From NCBI RefSeq assembly GCF_963921235.1, contig NC_086108.1, positions 27,592,001-27,656,000 on the forward strand: a stretch of 64,000 nt of DNA. The letters are read 5' to 3'. Of this stretch, positions 13,713 to 28,041 are shown one piece after another; within the stretch, counting starts at the first letter, position 1, and each line of letters starts with the position of its first letter. This DNA is from Mobula hypostoma (taxonomy: Eukaryota). Under the pieces are notes generated by a model that saw only the letters and a program-made list of their open reading frames with translations, made no database searches and had not been told where the DNA came from. The translations under genes and the position numbers were made by a program.

Positions 13713-14207
13713 CAAACACGAGGAAATCTGCAGATGCTGGAAATTCAAGCAACACACATAAAAGTTGCTGGTGAACGCAGCAGGCCAGGCAGCATCTCTA
13801 GGAAGAGGTACAGTCGACGTTTCGGGCCGAGACCCTTCATCAGGACTAACTGAAAGAAGAGCTAGTGAGAGATTTGAAAGTGGGAGGGGGAGGGGGAGAT
13901 CCAAAATGATAGGAGAAGACAGGAGGGGGAGGGATAGAGCCAAGAGCTGGATAGTTGATTGGCAAAGGGGATATGAGAGGATCATGGGACAGGAGGCTTA
14001 GGGAGAAAGGAAAGGAGGGGGGAAGCCCAGAGGATGGGCAAGGGGTATAGTGAGAGGGACCGAGGGAGAAAAAGGAGACAGAAAAAAAGAATGTGTGTAT
14101 AAATAAATAACGGATGGGGTACGAGGGTATTAGCAGAAGTTTGAGAAGTCAGTGTTCATGCCATCGGGTTGGAGATTACCCAGACGGAATATAAGGTGTT
14201 GTTCCTC
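13713..14207 (-). mobile_element. 5'-truncated Penelope-like element (end of the endonuclease ORF plus terminal repeat)
   Basis: Minus strand reads LEEQHLIFRLGNLQPDGMNTDFSNFC*, as at the end of the GIY-YIG ORF near 27520-27598; 12-bp TSD CAATGCTTCTAG (13701-13712) / CAATACTTCTAG (14208-14219). Confidence 0.85.
13811..13848 (-). ncRNA. Minimal type I hammerhead ribozyme (Penelope-associated)
   Basis: Minus strand TAGTC-CTGATGA-A-GGGT(CTCG)GCCC-GAAA-CGTC-GACTG: intact CUGAUGA/GAAA core, stem I TAGTC/GACTG, stem II, palindromic ACGU stem III, GUC cleavage triplet. Confidence 0.8.
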
Positions 14208-15236
14208 CAATACTTCTAGTGTAGTCTAGCCAAAGTTTTACCTAACAGTTCTTGAACTCAATCCCCCAACTATTGAAGGCCGACACACCATATATCTTCT
14301 TAACCACCCTATCAACTTGCATAGCAACCTTTGAGGGATCTATGGGCTTTGGCACTACCCTGATTCCTTTGTTTCTCACACTGCTAACAATCCTGTCATT
14401 AACCTTCTACTCCACCTTCAAGTTCAGCCTTACAAAGTGTATCCACCTGTCTCTTCTCAGCCCAGCTCTGCATACTGTCAATGTCCCATTGTATCCTATG
14501 GGCACCTTCTACACTATACACAACAGCACCAACCTTCATGTCATCTGCAAACTTACTAACCCATCTTTCCACTGTCTCATCTAAGTCTTTGATAAAAACC
14601 ACAAAGATATTCCAGAAAAGATCCCTACAGAACACAGACCTCCAGGCAAAATTCACTCCATCTACTACTCGTCACTGCCTTCTAAAGGCAAGCCAATTCT
14701 GAATCTACGTAGGCAAGATTCCCTAGATCCCATGCCTCGAGAACTTTTGAATGAGTCTACCAATGGGATCCTTGTGAAACACCCAACTAAAATCCATACA
14801 CACCACGTCCACTGCTCTACCTTTGTCAATTTGTTTTGTCACATCCCCAAAAATGTCGATCAGTCTCATGAGGAACGACCAGCACCTCACAAAGCTATGC
14901 TAGCTATCCTTAATCAGGTGATGCTTCTCCATATACTTATATTGAGCTGAGCTGAAAAAGCATAGGAGACTAAAGACAATGAAGTCAGAATGGAGGTAGG
15001 ATAGAGAATTAAAGCAAATAGTAGCATTTAGGTGAGGAAATCCCTTGCAAGTGAAATAGAAGTGTTCTGCAAGGCAGATTCATCTATCTTCATTTGTTTT
15101 CTCCCATACTGGAGGGACCACTTTATGAGTACTGAATAGAGTACATGATTTGGAATAAATGCAAGTGAGTCGCTGCTTCAGCTGGAAGGTTTGGGTACCC
15201 GGCTGGTAATGGGAGAAGAGCAATAAAACAAGTATT

Positions 15237-16096
15237 TGTGTTATATTAAACTTTGTAAAATACCCGATGAATGTCTGAATTGTTCAAAATGACAATTTAA
15301 CACTTTGTGAGCTTGTAGCATGTAAAGTACCTGTACAAGATAAAGACTATAGGTTTGTTAATATCTAGTGTTTGCTGATAGCAGCTGGATTCTTTCTCAG
15401 TCTCGGGCACCATTAACATGAAGATGTTTGTTAATGACTAAAGGTCTGTCAGTCATAATGAGAGTTAGGTTGAAGGATCCTTTCTTAGTGTCTCTCAAAT
15501 TGGTTGGATGTATTCAAGCTTATCACTTACATGTAATATTAATGTTCTTTTGTAATTAATGGAATGTTAAGTCTAAAACATTGGTGGTCTGATGGATAAG
15601 AAGTTAACATTAAAATATCTAATTGATTTATGAGAGTGTGCTGAACACTGTGTAATGAACACATGTATTGTTTGAATGAAAGAAACTAGGCTGAGTTAAT
15701 GGTATGAGAACAAAATACCAAAGAATTTCTCTGTCTCTGTGTGACTCTCTATGATTGTGCAACTCATACTTATTGGGGTACCTTTCTCTGGGTTCTTTGG
15801 ACTTTGTCTAGACCAGAAATTATGATGGGTGCCTGGGACCCCGGGGTGGTTTCACTGGTGAGTCAAAATTTGGAGTTCCCCCAACAGTAACAATCAAGTG
15901 GTGACTAAGAATCATGTGTCCTGAAATCATTGTAGAAATATTTGTGACTTACTATGTAGTATTTTGTGTGATTTATTTGTACTTTTTATTTTATGATAAT
16001 GAATTAGGCTAAAGTTACTTTGTTGTGCTTGTACACCTATTACCACATCTCCTGGACACCCAAATTGTTTGGGTCTGATCAATCCAGCCCATTACA
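15237..16096. mobile_element. Probable solo LTR (860 bp)
   Basis: TG...CA termini flanked by the 5-bp direct repeat GTATT (15232-15236 / 16097-16101); non-coding. Confidence 0.55.
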
Positions 16097-16710
16097 GTAT
16101 TGCATCTCCTGCACATTCAGTTGGAGAACTGTGATAAGGAAGGTGTTTGGTCAGAAGAGTGGAACAATGCATTGAAGAGGGAGTGGTTTATTCAGAATGA
16201 TAGATGGGCAGGTACAAGAGAAAAAATCTCAGGTGACTGTATCACATTGGAGTTTAAATCTGGAAGTTAGTGTAGCAGAAGTTGATGAGAAGAGGTGCTC
16301 TATTTTAGACCTAGATAAAGAAGGATGAGAAAAGGAGAGCTGAGAAATGGAACAGACTTAGTTGACAGCCCTGTCAACTCAGAGAAGAGCAAAACTACAA
16401 CTAAGGAAAAAGGAAGCAGTGATGTTGATTGTGGCATAACCAGAATACGGTACTCTGCAAATGTCTGAGGCACAAATACATATATAGCTCGGTTGCCTAA
16501 AACATTTGATAGTACTGTATTTGTCAACATGGAGTGGAGAGCAAGTTCGTAAATCTGGCGGGAGCAAGGGATGTTGGGAGTGGCAAAGGTGGAATGCTGC
16601 ATAAGGGGTGTGGGACAAGTAGCAGTGAAGGACTTCAGAGGTGGGTGGCACGGGTGTAGATACACCCATACACATGAGGCAATGTCATTTGATACCAAAC
16701 AATTACCAAA

Positions 16711-18103
16711 CACGTCAGTGGTGGGGAAACTGCTGGAGTCAGTTATCAAGGATGTGATAACAGCACATTTGGAAAGCGGTGAAATGATCGGACAAAGTCA
16801 GCATGGATTTGTGAAAGGAAAATCATGTCTGACAAATCTCATAGAATTTTTTGAGGATGTAACTAGTAGAGTGGATAGGGGAGAACCAGTGGATGTGGTA
16901 TATTTGGATTTTCAAAAGGCTTTTGACAAGGTCCCACATAGGAGATTAGTGTGCAAACTTAAAGCACACGGTATTGGGGGTAAGGTATTGGTGTGGGTGG
17001 AGAATTGGTTAGCAGACAGGAAGCAAAGAGTGGGAATAAACGGGACCTTTTCAGAATGGCAGGCGGTGACTAGTGGGGTACCGCAAGGCTCAGTGCTGGG
17101 ACCCCAGTTGTTTACAATATATATTAATGACTTGGATGAGGGAATTAAATGCGGCATCTCCAAGTTTGCGGATGACACGAAGCTGGGTGGCAGTGTTAGC
17201 AGTGAGGAGGATGCTAAGAGGATGCAGGGTGACTTGGATAGGTTGGGTGAGTGGGCAAACTCATGGCAGATGCAATTTAATGTGGATAAATGTGAAGTTA
17301 TCCACTTTGGTGGCAAAAATAGGAAAACAGATTATTATCTGAATGGTGGCCGATTAGGAAAAGGGGAGGTGCAACGAGACCTGGGTGTCATTATACACCA
17401 GTCATTGAAAGTGGGCATGCAGGTACAGCAGGCGGTGAAAAAGGCGAACGGTATGCTGGCATTTATAGCGAGAGGATTCGAGTACAGGAGCAGGGAGGTA
17501 CTACTGCAGTTGTACAAGGCCTTGGTGAGACCACACCTGGAGTATTGTGTGCAGTTTTGGTCCCCTAATCTGAGGAAAGACATCTTTGCCATAGAGGGAG
17601 TACAAAGAAGGTTCACCAGATTGATTCCTGGGATGGCAGGTCTTTCATATGAAGAAAGACTGGATGAACTGGGCTTGTACTCGTTGGAATTTAGAAGATT
17701 GAGGGGGGATCTGATTGAAACGTATAAGATCCTAAAGGGATTGGACAGGCTAGATGCAGGAAGATTGTTCCCGATGTTGGGGAGGTCTAGAACGAGGGGT
17801 CACAGTTTGAGGATAGAGGGGAAGCCTTTTAGGACCGAGGTTAGGAAAAACTTCTTCACACAGAGAGTGGTGAATCTGTGGAATTCTCTGCCACAGCAAA
17901 CTGTTGAGGCCAGTTCATTAGCTATGTTTAAAAGGAAGTTAGATATGGCCCTTGTGGCTACAGGGGTCAGGGGGTATGGAGGGAAGGCTGGGTTCTGAGT
18001 TGGATGATCAGCCATGATCATAATAAATGGCGGTGCAGGCTCGAAGGGCCGAATGGCCTACTCCTGCACCTATTTTCTATGTTTCTATGTTTCTATGTTT
18101 CTA
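16711..18103 (+). mobile_element. Young 5'-truncated CR1 LINE with uninterrupted RT reading frame
   Basis: ORF 16571-17998 has QHGFVKGKSCLTNL, YLDFQKAFDKV, GVPQGSVLGP and FADD; its first ~47 codons are unrelated flank. (TTTCTATG)3 tail. Confidence 0.95.
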
Positions 18104-18852
18104 ATTGGTTTATTGATCATTACAGGATGCCTCTCTGGTGCTTCCTGCTCCCTCTCCTCTCCGTTCCTCTTCTCCCAAATATGGTTCCCCTCCCCCTGCC
18201 CCCTTCCCATTCTCAGCCCACCATATCAGAATCAGGATTATCATCTCTCACATGTCATGGTTTTTTTTGTGACAACAGTACAGAGAAATATATAAAACTA
18301 CGACAGTACTGTGCAAAACTCTAAGGCACCCTAGTTATATAAGCCTAAGACTTTTGAACATTACTGTAGATGCTGGGAGAAAGTAATGTGTCCTTACAGG
18401 AAGCAAAGGAAGTGATGTTAAGATAGCTGTAGGAGATCATGGGGTGAACTATGATGGCTATTTGGCACCAATCTATCCCCCAATATGAAGATAGAGAAGT
18501 TGAGAAAGGGAAGGAATAACCAGTTGAAATTAAATGTGGAAGTTGGCAGCAAAGGAGATGAAATTTTGAGACCTACTCAAGCGCTGAAAACAACACAAGC
18601 ACAGTCATCAGTGCAATGGAAAGGGATCTGAGACAAGAATCAGCAAGGAGATGGGCAGAGCCGGAGTTTTATAATTTTTTGTAGCTGCACCTTTGATTTG
18701 CAGGAAGTGAATAAAGTCAAAGGAGCATTTGTTCAATATGAAGGAGCCCCAACTTGCTGCCTCCACCACTGCAGCTGGTGGTGGTGATGGTGGAAAGGGC
18801 ATTTTCAGTCTCTGTTAAAGGAGGAAGCAAAGGTTCTTCAGACCATCCTGAT

Positions 18853-21800
18853 CTTCAGTTCCCAGTGGGCAATGCAGGCAGTTCACCTGGAACCGGAAGC
18901 TTCCATGGTGAGCTGGTCCCACAGGGTTAAGCAGCAATTGAATAATAAAATATTCTGGTGTTTACCCATGCTAATTTTGTCTTTATTAAGAACAAACATA
19001 ACATAGTATCAGAAGTCAACGTGAGGCCTGAACATGGAGAGTAAATGAATACTGTGAATTACTGAGAAAGAGGTTACGGATGACAAAAGGTGGCCAACAA
19101 TGCAAGAGAGCACGTTATTCCCGAAGTTCAGCAGTCATCGGATTCACCAAGAAATTCAGATGAGACGCCAAGAGTTCCTGTCATGGTTAAATTAGATCCT
19201 TCTGTCCCTGTGCAGTTTACCACCAATCTAACAGATGCTTCAAACATCAATTCTATATATATTTAGCCGCTAGCAGAGCGGAAGGGGCTGATGAAAAGTT
19301 AAAAGTGTCTATTTTTCTGGATGTAATTGGCAAAGATTCTTTGGGCATCTATAACAGCTTTCAAATTGATGAGACAGCTTTTACATTGGACACTCTGGTA
19401 AGAAAATTTGAGGCGTATTTTGTCCCAAGTAAAAAGATCATATTTGAGAGATATAAATTATTTTCCTGTGACCAGAAGCAAGGTGTTAGCTTTGACCAAT
19501 ACTTAGCTGATCTTCACACATTGAATAAGTCCTGTGGATTTGGAGATTGGAGAAACTCACTAGTTACAGACAAAATAGCTTGTGGAATTTCAGATGATGG
19601 ACTGAGAGAAAGCCTACTCCATGAAAAAGATTTGGCACTGGAAAAGGCTGTGGATATGTGTAAGGCAGAAGAGACCACACAAGGAGCTGCGAACAGTGTT
19701 TGCTGTGAAAACAGAGGGGAAGAGCACAAGGTGTTTCCCAAAGCAACAGCATAACCAAGAGGAAGGCTCAAACTGCAAATGCAGCAACCGTGGAGGTAGG
19801 CACTTCCCAAAGATGTGTCTGCTTATGGAAAGTCCTGCAATAATTGTGAAAAGAAGAATTATTTTGCAAAGTGCTGCAGAGCTGGGGCTGCAAAAAGAAA
19901 GGTGCGCACAGTTGATGAGGAAATTGAGGAAGTTTTTATGGATTCTCGGCAGACTGCTGGTGCTGGTAAGACAGAATGGATTGTTCCATGACCATGAATG
20001 AGACAGTAATTCCATTCAAGCTTGACACCAGAGCCCAGGTGAATGAAAAGGCTATACTAGAGAGAACATTCCAGTAAAAGGGGGCTGTGTAGTGACCTTC
20101 AAGAGTAAGAGGCAACACTTAAAGACACAGCCAATGCCTACAGAAAAGTGAGTACAACCAATATTAAGTCTGGGTGCATGTGAAAAGCTCAACCTGGTGA
20201 AAAGAGTTTTCATAGCGTCTTCACAAACCAAAGATGACCTTCCAGCACTCATGGAAGAGTATGCAAATGTCTTCAAGGGACTCAGATGTTTACCTCGTGT
20301 ACACTAAATTCATATAGATGAGACAGTGGCTCCTGTTGTCCATGCATGCAGGAAAATTCCATTTGCATTTAGAGACAAACTTAAACAACAATAAGCACAC
20401 ATGGAATGGATAAATATCATGTAGAAAATAGAAAAACCAACAGACTGGGAGAGCTCACAGGTCATTGTACAAAATAAAAATGGAACATTGCAGGTCTATG
20501 TCTAAACCCAAGAGATCTCAATAAAGCCATCAAGAGAGAACATTTTAAATAGTCAACATGGGAGGAGATCATGTCCTGGTTTGCAAGGCCCAAGTGGTTC
20601 AGCAAACTCGATGCCCTCTCTAGTTTTGGCAGATGAAGCTTGGTGAAGCAAGTTCGAGACTGCGTACTTTTAACACACCACAGGGAAAACATCACTTTCT
20701 TTGGCTATGGCCTGGGATTCTGTCTGTACCAGCAGAAGTCTACCATAAAACCATTCTCGTGACCTTTGAGGGCATACCTGGTGTAGAGACCATGATGGAT
20801 AATATCATCTTCTGGGGTTCCTCTGATGATGTACATGATGCACCAGTGAGACGGGTGCTTGACGTGACACAGAATGTCAATTTGAAATTAAATGAACAGA
20901 AATGAGAGTTTGGTGTTAAGACTCTGACTTTCAGAGGAGATGTCATATCTGAAGAGGGAATGAAGCTTGACCTAGGAAAGACGTCAGCCATTGAAAACAT
21001 GGAGAGGCTTCATAACAAAGAATAGGGGAGACATTTCCTGGGGATGGTGATTTACCTGGCTAAGTTCATTCCTCAACTGTCAATTCTATCAGCATTACTT
21101 AGATCATTCCTTGAGTGGATTTGCTCTCACAAGCAAGAAAAGATTTTCCAAATGCTAAAAAAAGTCTTAAATGAAGATCCCATGCTGATGTTTTATAATC
21201 CGGAAAGGTGTACTAGGATCTCGGCTGATGTATCCCAGTATGGCCTAGAACCAGCACTACTGCAGCAGCATGATGACACATGGCAACCAGCGGCCTATGC
21301 ATCCAGGGCCTTAACAAGTGCGGAAGCCAGCTATACACAGATAGTGAAAAAGCTTCTCGCCAGCACATATGCATGTGAAAGGTTCCATCAGTACATCTAT
21401 AGACAAGCTTTTGAAGTGGAGACAGACCATAAACCAGTGGTCGCAATGATGTCCAAACCACTGAATGACTGTCCCATGAGGATATAGTGCATGTTCAAAA
21501 GGCTGCTGAAATATGATGTGAAGATGATCTACAAGCCAGGAAAACATATGTTTGTTGCTGATGCACTCTCTTGAGCAGTTGACAAGAAACAAAAGACCAA
21601 GAGATTAATGTGGATATACTGGCCTATATTGACATGATTGTCACCTCCATTCTAGTATCTCCTGATAAGATGGAGAAGATTAGGAAACCAGCAGGGACAG
21701 ATGAAACAATAAAAATACTCAAAGATACAATATGGATAGGATGGTCAGCACCTATGAATGTCTGTCCAATGTGTATTTGGGATTATTGGGCATGGAAAGC

Positions 21801-23268
21801 TGAACTGTTAGTAGTGAAAGATATGGTCTTCAAAGGAAAGAGGCTTGTGATTCCAGTGTTGCTACTCATGGAAATGCTCCAGAAGATACATGGAGATAGA
21901 TGAAAGGTACCTTGGTGAAGAAAAATGTAAATGTAGAGTTTAGGAAGTGACGTGCTGGCCAAGAATGAACCAAAACATAAGCCAGACCACTGCTTCATAT
22001 GAAATATGTCTTAAATACAGACCAAAGCAGCAAGCAGAACCATTTACCCCACACCCTGTACCAGACAGGCCATACTTCAAAGCTTGAGTGAATTTGTTTG
22101 AACGTAATGGGAAGAGTCACATTTTTGTAACAGACTACTTTTCCAGTTACTCAGAGGTTGCAACACTGCAATCAACACTCAGCAACGTGGTCGGTCATCA
22201 TCTTCCTGAAAGGTGTGTTTGTGAGACATGGAATTCCACGTGAAGTGGTACCAGACGATGGTCCACAATTTTCAAGCTGTGAATTTGAGTCCTTTGCCAA
22301 TGATTGGAGGATTTGGCATATAACTTCAAGCAACCATCAACCAAAAACTAATGGCCTAGCAGAGAGTTCAATCAAGGTAGTAAAGGGCCTTGTGAAGAAA
22401 GTGCAAAGTGGTTGAGAGGATTTCTACAAAAGTCTAAGGATTTACAGAAGTATGCCACTGCAGATTGGCATTTCACCTGCCCAAATTCTGTTGGGTAGAC
22501 GCATACAAACTAATCTTTCAGTACATGAAAACTTGTTGACACCTAAAGGAGCATACAAAGTCAAATTGGCTAAAATGAAAGGGAAAGAAAAACTAAAACA
22601 TTATCACAACAAGACTGCAAAAAGCCTACCCCCCCTCCTAAAGTTTGAAGATCAAGGGCAAATCCACAATCATGATTCTGGCACAGGTCCATGTAAGGAT
22701 ATGTGCAATAGGAAGTTGCTCCACATTCTTACCAGATCAAGAGAGAGAAAAGAACACCTCTGATAAGGAACCGTATGGATCTACGACCACAAGTTCCAAC
22801 CCATAGCAGTGCACATCATCTGCCAGTACACCAAAGGGGCCAGCAGATGTAAAAATAATCTTGTTGTACAGATTTCTGAGAATGACACAAAATATTAACG
22901 CACCAACTGTAAGCAATACACCTGTGGAAAAAATGGCAGAACAAAAAGGGTCATTAAACCACCTCAGGACTAAATGAAAGTTGCTGAGTGAAAATAGGCT
23001 GGCTGCAGAATATAGATATCTTTGTTGAAAAGGATGATTATTCCTTGTAAGTTTATAAGATAGGATTATGTTTGTTTTCTTTAAAAGGGGAAGATGTGTA
23101 TATAATAAAGAACTTCAGTTCCCAGTTGGCATTGCAGGCAGTTATCATAGGATGGCAGCTTCGATGGTAAGCTGGCTGCATGCGCTTAGTGTTGAACAGC
23201 AGTTGAATAGTAAAATGTCCTAACACTTAGCCATGTCAAATTTGTTCTTGTTATGAACAAACATGACA
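18853..23268 (+). mobile_element. Full-length decayed Gypsy LTR retrotransposon
   Basis: Diverged LTR pair ~18853-19003 / 23095-23268; PBS TAGTATCAGAAGT at 19004-19016 (TGGTGTCAGAAGT/tRNA-Leu-like); PPT AAAAGGGGAAGA at 23083-23094; gag relic (ORF 19305-19754, CxxC knuckle), protease KLDTRAQVN, RT TMMDNII, RNase H ISADVSQYGL, integrase DDGPQFSS; many stops and frameshifts. Confidence 0.88.
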
Positions 23269-24462
23269 ATAATGAAGGTTAAAATATTGTGAAAGATTAA
23301 AATTTGTGATTTCTAGCACCTGGGAAAAAAGGGGCAAAAAATCTTGTAAATGCACCAAATGTAACAAGTAATGATGTGAAACTGTGAATCACAACAACTT
23401 TGAGAGAGAGTTTTGCTGATGAGCATTTCAAGCAGTTTCTACCTTAAGTAGTATTAACATGATTCTAAATAGTCAAAAGACATACATCCCACCTTCCTGC
23501 TTCTATTGCACATAACCCTTAGCAATTAGACAGGTAATTGTTTCAGCAGCCCTGTGGCAACAAGTCAATTTTCCTCATTCCATAATGTGATGAGTTCTTG
23601 TTGCATCCACCCTTAAATAAAACCTCCACTCACAAATTCTCACAGAATTTCCATTTGCTGTCCATCTTCTACTTTTGGTGCCAGTAACAATATTTTGACA
23701 ATAACTGTCTCTTTATGTCGTCGAACATGTCACTTCTTTGTTATACTGAGTTGTTAAAATTTTTACCTCAATAACATGCTTCGGTCCACTTTAATTATTT
23801 CAGAATAATTGGAAATACTGTGCCTTTTAGAAGTGCACCTTAAAGATCATTCTGATCCACAAGTTTGCTTTATTTAACACATAGGTTAATAATAATAATT
23901 GCCATAATAGGTTAATATGCTATCTTTTACCATTCTTCAGGCTTTTAAATTTATTTTATTTTGTTTGAAAGCAAATGACAATTTCGATATAGGTGCTGCA
24001 CTTCCCTTTTTAACCACCTGAATATCCAGATTGGCTTCTAGGGTATTGGTCTGATTGACTTATTGACCAAGTTCCTTGTGGTAGAACATCAACTCCAGGT
24101 TATTAACCAGAGCTGCTTGCAAATTTATTTCCAGATAAAAGGAGATCATGTTATTAGTAGGTACACTTCTTAGATGCTTTTGCTGTCTATACTCATAACA
24201 TCTGAGATTTCAAAAGAACTGGGATTAAGGACATTGGAAAAGTAAAAACATTGAACTTTATTGGAGAAATGGAAGCCAATCAGTGTATCACATGCACATT
24301 GTCCCTTCGTCAAATCTATCCAAATAATGTTCACCCTGCGTTTACATATTTGTCCCTCCCTCTACACATTACCTTCATACAAAAACTTGACTAATTTTAC
24401 TTTAAAAATAACCTCCCTCAACCACTCACAGGAGTAGAACATTCCATGCTCAAACAACAATA

Positions 24463-25500
24463 TCCTGTGCGGATGACAACAAGGTTGGTGTCAAAGCAGA
24501 CAGCGAGGAAGCCTATCAAAACTTGCATCGGGATCTAAACAATCTGAGGGGGATAAAAAGCTGAACAATAGCAGATGGAATTTAATGCAAACAAGTGTGA
24601 GGTGTTGCATTTTGGGAGGAGAAACTGGGGTAAGATTTGCACAGAGAATGGGTGAGGCACTGTTGTATGCAGTGGAACAGAGAACCCTGGGAATACAGAG
24701 CCATAATTCCTTGAAAGCAGTAATATGGGTAGATAGGGTTGTAAAGAGAGTTCTTGGCACATTGGCCTTCATAAATTAGGGCACTGTGTATGGGAAGTTG
24801 TATAAGACATTGGCCAAGTTTAGAGTACTGTGTGCAGTTCTGGTCACCTCCTGTACCTATGGGAAAGATATCAATAAAGTTGAAAGTGTGCAGAGAAAAT
24901 TTACACCACAGATGCTGCTGGGACTTGAGGACTTGAGTTACAAGGATAGGCTGAATAGGGTAGGACTTTATTCTCTGGAACACAGGAGAACAAGGAAAAT
25001 CTTGTAGCGGTATACAAAGTTATAAAGGCTATAGGTTGGGTGAGTGGATGGAGGTTTCTTTCCCCTAAAGATGTGTGAGAGCAGAACTAGAGGTTAAACG
25101 TTTCAGGATAAAATATGAAATGTTTAAGGGAACCTGAGGGAGGTACTTCACTTAGACAAGATTCCCCCCACAGTCCAAAGTCGTAACGGTTAGTAGGATA
25201 ATTGGTCATTGTAAACTGTCCTGTAATTCGGCTAAGGTTAAATTGGTGGGTTGATGAATGGCGTGACTGTTTGGGCCATATCTCTAAATAAAATTAAAAT
25301 TAAAATAAACGAACAGTTTATTCTAGCGGAAGTGGTAGATGCAGATTAAAAAAATAACATTTCAAAGACATTTGGATAGTTCAATATGGATGAGAGAGGT
25401 GTGAAGGGCTATTGTCTGGGTGCAGGTAGATGGGTCTAGGCATTAAATCAGACTGGTAATGAATAGATGGGCCGAGGGGGCCTGTTTCTGTGTGAATCTA
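24463..25500 (+). mobile_element. Old CR1 3' fragment containing a SINE-like piece (~25160-25300)
   Basis: Decayed ADD, KCEVLHFG and KVESVQRKFT motifs. Confidence 0.7.
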
Positions 25501-26873
25501 TGACTAATCTCTATCCTCACTGTTTAGTTTCATTTCTTAGCTGATGATTCACTGATCTTGTCATCGTGAGGTAAGGGATATCTTATCTGTCCTTGCTGCT
25601 CCAATGAATTCAATTTTAATATTGTGAATCTGTCCATATAGCCACAACTTCCACTTCCCAACATTATTCTTGACTTCCTTTACTCTCTACAGCTTCTATC
25701 TTAAACTCCATGCAAAGTATTATAGAAAACTTTCAATACTTTTTTTTAATCTTCCACTCTTTGTCCCCATTTTCAAGCTTCAAATTTGTTGCATTTATCA
25801 TCTGCCTGAACTTGCCTGAGAAATTATTTAGTTCTTAGTTCACTTTATTAATCCATTTTTTTCAGAATCTTTCAATTTTCTCCTATTTTGCTCCCAAAAA
25901 TGAATTACTGCACACCTCTCCACAGATAATTTCCATCTCCTATCTGAATTCCTATTCCACCATTCTGTCTCCTTCAAATTTTTTATTACGCTCAGTCATT
26001 GTTTGATAAATCCAATATCATACTGTCAGTGAAAATGGGGATTCTGTCATCTGCATCCAACTATATCTTCAAACTGCCCTCATTTCTGGCATGTATCGTC
26101 TATTTCCAATTTATCTGCAGAGTGAATTACACTCATTCACTCAAAACTCATTTTTCCTGAGTCTTAACCAATTTTCTAGTCAAACCACTTCATGTTCAGT
26201 TATATCAGGTGTCTATTTGTTTTCTTAAACAAGATTTCTTATTAGATACTCAATTAAATACCTAATAATTCTTGTACACCCCATCTGTTGCAGTCCCTTG
26301 ATCTGCCAAATGGATACTTGTTTTAAAGCTATCTTAACAAATCTTTATTAACTGAACAATACATTTTCAATCCCTCATTAAATCTCTTACTATTGATTCT
26401 ACCAGATTGTCTAGAGATGGACTGACTTGAGAATGTCTGATGCTACTGTTGCTCTTTGACAGCTGGCTCTACGTTCCCATGGAATGATCTGTAGTATAGG
26501 TAGGGCTATCAAATTGTAGTTAGATCCTATATTTTCACATCTCTGACCAACATTACCTTCTTAATTGCTGGTCTGTTGTGATAGATATTTGCTCCTTGTT
26601 TCAAAATCTCAGCATTCTAAACACAAGCAGCTACCACTTGTAAGATCATAAACATATGCAAGTAAACTTCCAACTAATATCGAATTCTTTAACTTCTGGT
26701 TGTAAATGGGAGCCAACCTTCAGGTCTTAAAATGTAAATGGATAGCAGTACACACAAAATCTTGGAGGAGTTCAGAAGGTCAGGCAGCATCTATGAAAAA
26801 GAGCACAATTGATGTTTTGAACAAAGACCCTTCAACAGGAATAGCGAAAGGTATCAGCCCAAAACATCAACTG

Positions 26874-27990
26874 TCCTCTTTCTTTAAGGATCGTGGTTTT
26901 CATTCTGCTGTCATCAATGATGCCATCACCCACATCTCCTCCATTTCCCATACTTTGGCTCTCACCCCATCCTCCTGCCACCACAACAGGGACAGAGTTC
27001 CCCTTGTCCTCACCTACCACCCTACCAGCCACCGGATCCAGCACATTATCCTCTGCAACTTCCACCACCTTCAACTGGACCCCAAAACTAAGCACATCTG
27101 TCCCTCTCTACCCCTCTCCACTTTCCGCAGGGACTGGTCCCTCCGCAACTCCCTATTCCACATGTCCCTCCCCACGGATCTCCCACCTGGCACTTATCCC
27201 TGTAAGCGCAAGTGCTACACCTGTCCCTACACCTCCTCTCTTGCCACCATTCAGGGCCCCAAACAGTTCTTCCAAGTGAGGCAACACTTCACTTGTGAGT
27301 CTGTTGGGGTCACCTATTGCATCCGGTGCTCCCAGTGTGGCCTCCTCTACATCGGTGAAACCTGACGCAGACTGGGGGACCGCTTTGTCAAGCTCCGCTC
27401 CATCCGCCACAACAGAGAGGATCTCCCAGTAGCCACCCACTTCAACTCTGCTTCCCACTCCCATTCAGATATATCCATACATGGCCTCTTCTACTGCCAT
27501 GATGAGGCTAAACTCAGGTTGGAGGAGCAACACCTCATATACCGTCTAGGTAGTCTCCAGCCCCTTGGTATGAACATAGAATTCTCCAATTTACGGTAAT
27601 TCCCTCCCCCTCCCTTCCTCTATCCCTATTTCACTCTGCCCCCTCCCCCAGCTTCCTATCACCTCCCCCATGGTTCCGCCTCCTTCTATTACCCATTGTG
27701 TTTTCCCTTATTCCTTCTTCACCTTTCCTGCCTATCACCTCCCTGCTTCCCCTCCCCCACCCCTTTATCTTTCCCCTTACTGGTTCTTCACCTGGAACCT
27801 ACCAGCCTTCTCCTTCCCACCCTCCCCCCACCTTCTTTATAGGGCTTCTGCCCCTTCCCTCTACAGTCTTGACGAAGAGTTCCGGCCTGAAACGTCGACC
27901 GATCTTTTCCACGGATGTTGCCTGACCTGCTGAGTTCCTCCAGCATGTTGTGAGTGTTGCTTTGACCCCAGCATCTGCAGATTATTTTGT
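26874..27990 (+). mobile_element. Penelope-like element 3' part (GIY-YIG endonuclease plus terminal repeat)
   Basis: RVPLVLTYHP, Cys-rich linker CKRKCYTC, VTYCIRCSQCGLLYIGET (GIY-YIG); hammerhead variant CAGTC-TTGACGA...GAAA-CGTC-GACCG at 27864-27901. Confidence 0.88.
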
Positions 27991-28041
27991 GTTTCCAGAG
28001 ATGCTTCTGGCCTGCTGAGTTCCTCCAGCATTTTGTGTATA

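Larger units (their letters stand above)
13170..14940 (-). mobile_element. Old CR1 fragment interrupted by a Penelope insertion
   Basis: Minus-strand SKFADDMKVG in ORF 14399-14656, and CR1 3'-type sequence at 13170-13712. Confidence 0.7.

Noticed and set aside
16571..17998. 475-aa ORF as a novel fusion or host gene
   Set aside because: It is a 5'-truncated CR1 RT read in frame from unrelated flanking DNA.
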